Part shown: positions 62,760 through 64,000 of the stretch, piece by piece | Layout: every line of letters starts with the position of its first letter | Numbering within the stretch: position 1 is the first letter of the stretch | Assembly (NCBI RefSeq): GCF_009914755.1 | Contig: NC_060926.1 | Origin: the human T2T-CHM13v2.0 reference genome, Homo sapiens | DNA length: 64,000 bases | Strand: one strand, 5' to 3' | Program-made: the position numbers and the translations under genes | Notes under the pieces: generated by a model | Databases searched by the model: none | What the model saw: only the letters and a program-made list of their open reading frames with translations | Told to the model about the DNA's origin: nothing

Positions 62760-63170
62760 AGTCTCCCTCCCCACTTTCTAACTGCACAGGCCCCTTGCTC
62801 TTATTCTCCTGCTCAGGCTTTGGCCATCCTTCCCTCTGTCCTATGGTCTCTGCCCCAGCAGGTCCACATGACTCACCCCCCACACTTCCTTCAGCTCTCT
62901 GTTCAAGTGTCACCCAGTTAGAGCAGACTTCCCTGACCACCATCCATAGGACTGGCACCCCACCCTAAGTCCCTCATTGTGCTTTTTTGTGCTTCATAGC
63001 CCTGTTATCATCTGACTTTTATCTTGTGCTTTGTTGTCTATTTCTGCAACTAAAGAGCAAGCTTAATGAGAACAGGGGCATTCTGTTTTGTTGTTCACTG
63101 ATGTTGAATCTCCATACTAGAAAAGTGCCCAGGGACCTAATAAATATCTGTTGAAAGAATGAGTCAATGA
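62760..63170. mobile_element. L2 3' fragment
   Basis: gagaacaggggcattctgttttgttgttcactgatg...taataaatatctgttgaa. Confidence 0.6.
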
Positions 63171-64000
63171 TGAAAGGAGAGCAATGTGAATGCATAGTAT
63201 TTCCTTTTAGACTTGTTGAGGCTCTGTTGAGAACTTGAAGAGTGACCACTGGGTAGCCACAGCTGTCTTCACCAATCTCATGAAGTCACACTCTTTGCTG
63301 ACCATACTGTGCCAGAGGGCTTGGCATGCTATTGTTCTTCTGAGTGGAGGACTTCAGGTTGTTTGTCTTAGTTCTGATTGTGCAAGGGAAATGAGCCTTT
63401 AAAAGACCTGGTGCCATCATATTTATCAGGGTGCTTTGGAGTCCTTACTCATTCACTCATTGATTTACCAAACATTTATGGAGCACTTACTGTGCTTCAA
63501 ATGCTTAAGGGTCAGAGATGAATGTCTTGGGTTCCCTGCTTCCAAGGAATTGTCTAAGGTCTATCGAAGGAGGCAAGTGAAGAGAAAGTCACAATTCTGG
63601 ATGATTAGCACTCTGTAAGGACAGGAAGTTGTGGAGCCTACAGGAGGTGTACCCAACCCAGCTTACAGGGAGTAGTGTGAAAGAACAGGCTTCCCAACAA
63701 GATAGAAAAACTTTGAAGGAAACTAAAGATTATTTAGGTGGAGGTGGTGGAAATCTTTCCAGAAAGAGAAAACAGGGTGTAAAACATCCAAGAGCTGAGA
63801 GAACTTGGCACAACTAAAACTGAAGTAGACTATTCTGCCTAGATAATAAAATACTCCAGATAGGAGAAGGAAGAGATGAAACTGGAGAAATAGTGCTTAA
63901 TGCTGCAAGGAAAAATTAAGCTTATCAAAAGCAAATTCCAGAACTGCATGTATCTAGGCCTCTAGGTGGGTTTCCCAAGGAACCTTCAAGGGAACTGATT

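Overview
Primate (apparently human) genomic DNA at the NT5C1B locus (cytosolic 5'-nucleotidase IB / AIRP). Nine coding exons lie on the minus strand from the start codon at 21586 down to 8296. The last exon falls outside the window, and positions 1-8295 are the L1-filled final intron. All exons were rebuilt by hand with canonical GT-AG boundaries and consistent phases. The main observation is an in-frame TAG at 17007-17009 in exon 5, so this haplotype carries a premature stop upstream of the whole catalytic domain. Symmetric exon phases and a downstream ATG offer possible rescue routes. Around the promoter are a ~195-bp-arm inverted repeat, a ~440-bp direct duplication bracketing exons 1-6, CRE-like and RFX-like motifs, and uORFs. 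Positions ~23.6-64 kb are gene-poor and repeat-rich (L1, Alu, MaLR/ERV LTRs, hAT elements). They contain a near-perfect 37-bp hairpin, a templated insertion inside an LTR, and an L1 with an extra 57-nt 5' segment. Repeat boundaries and subfamily calls are by eye and approximate.
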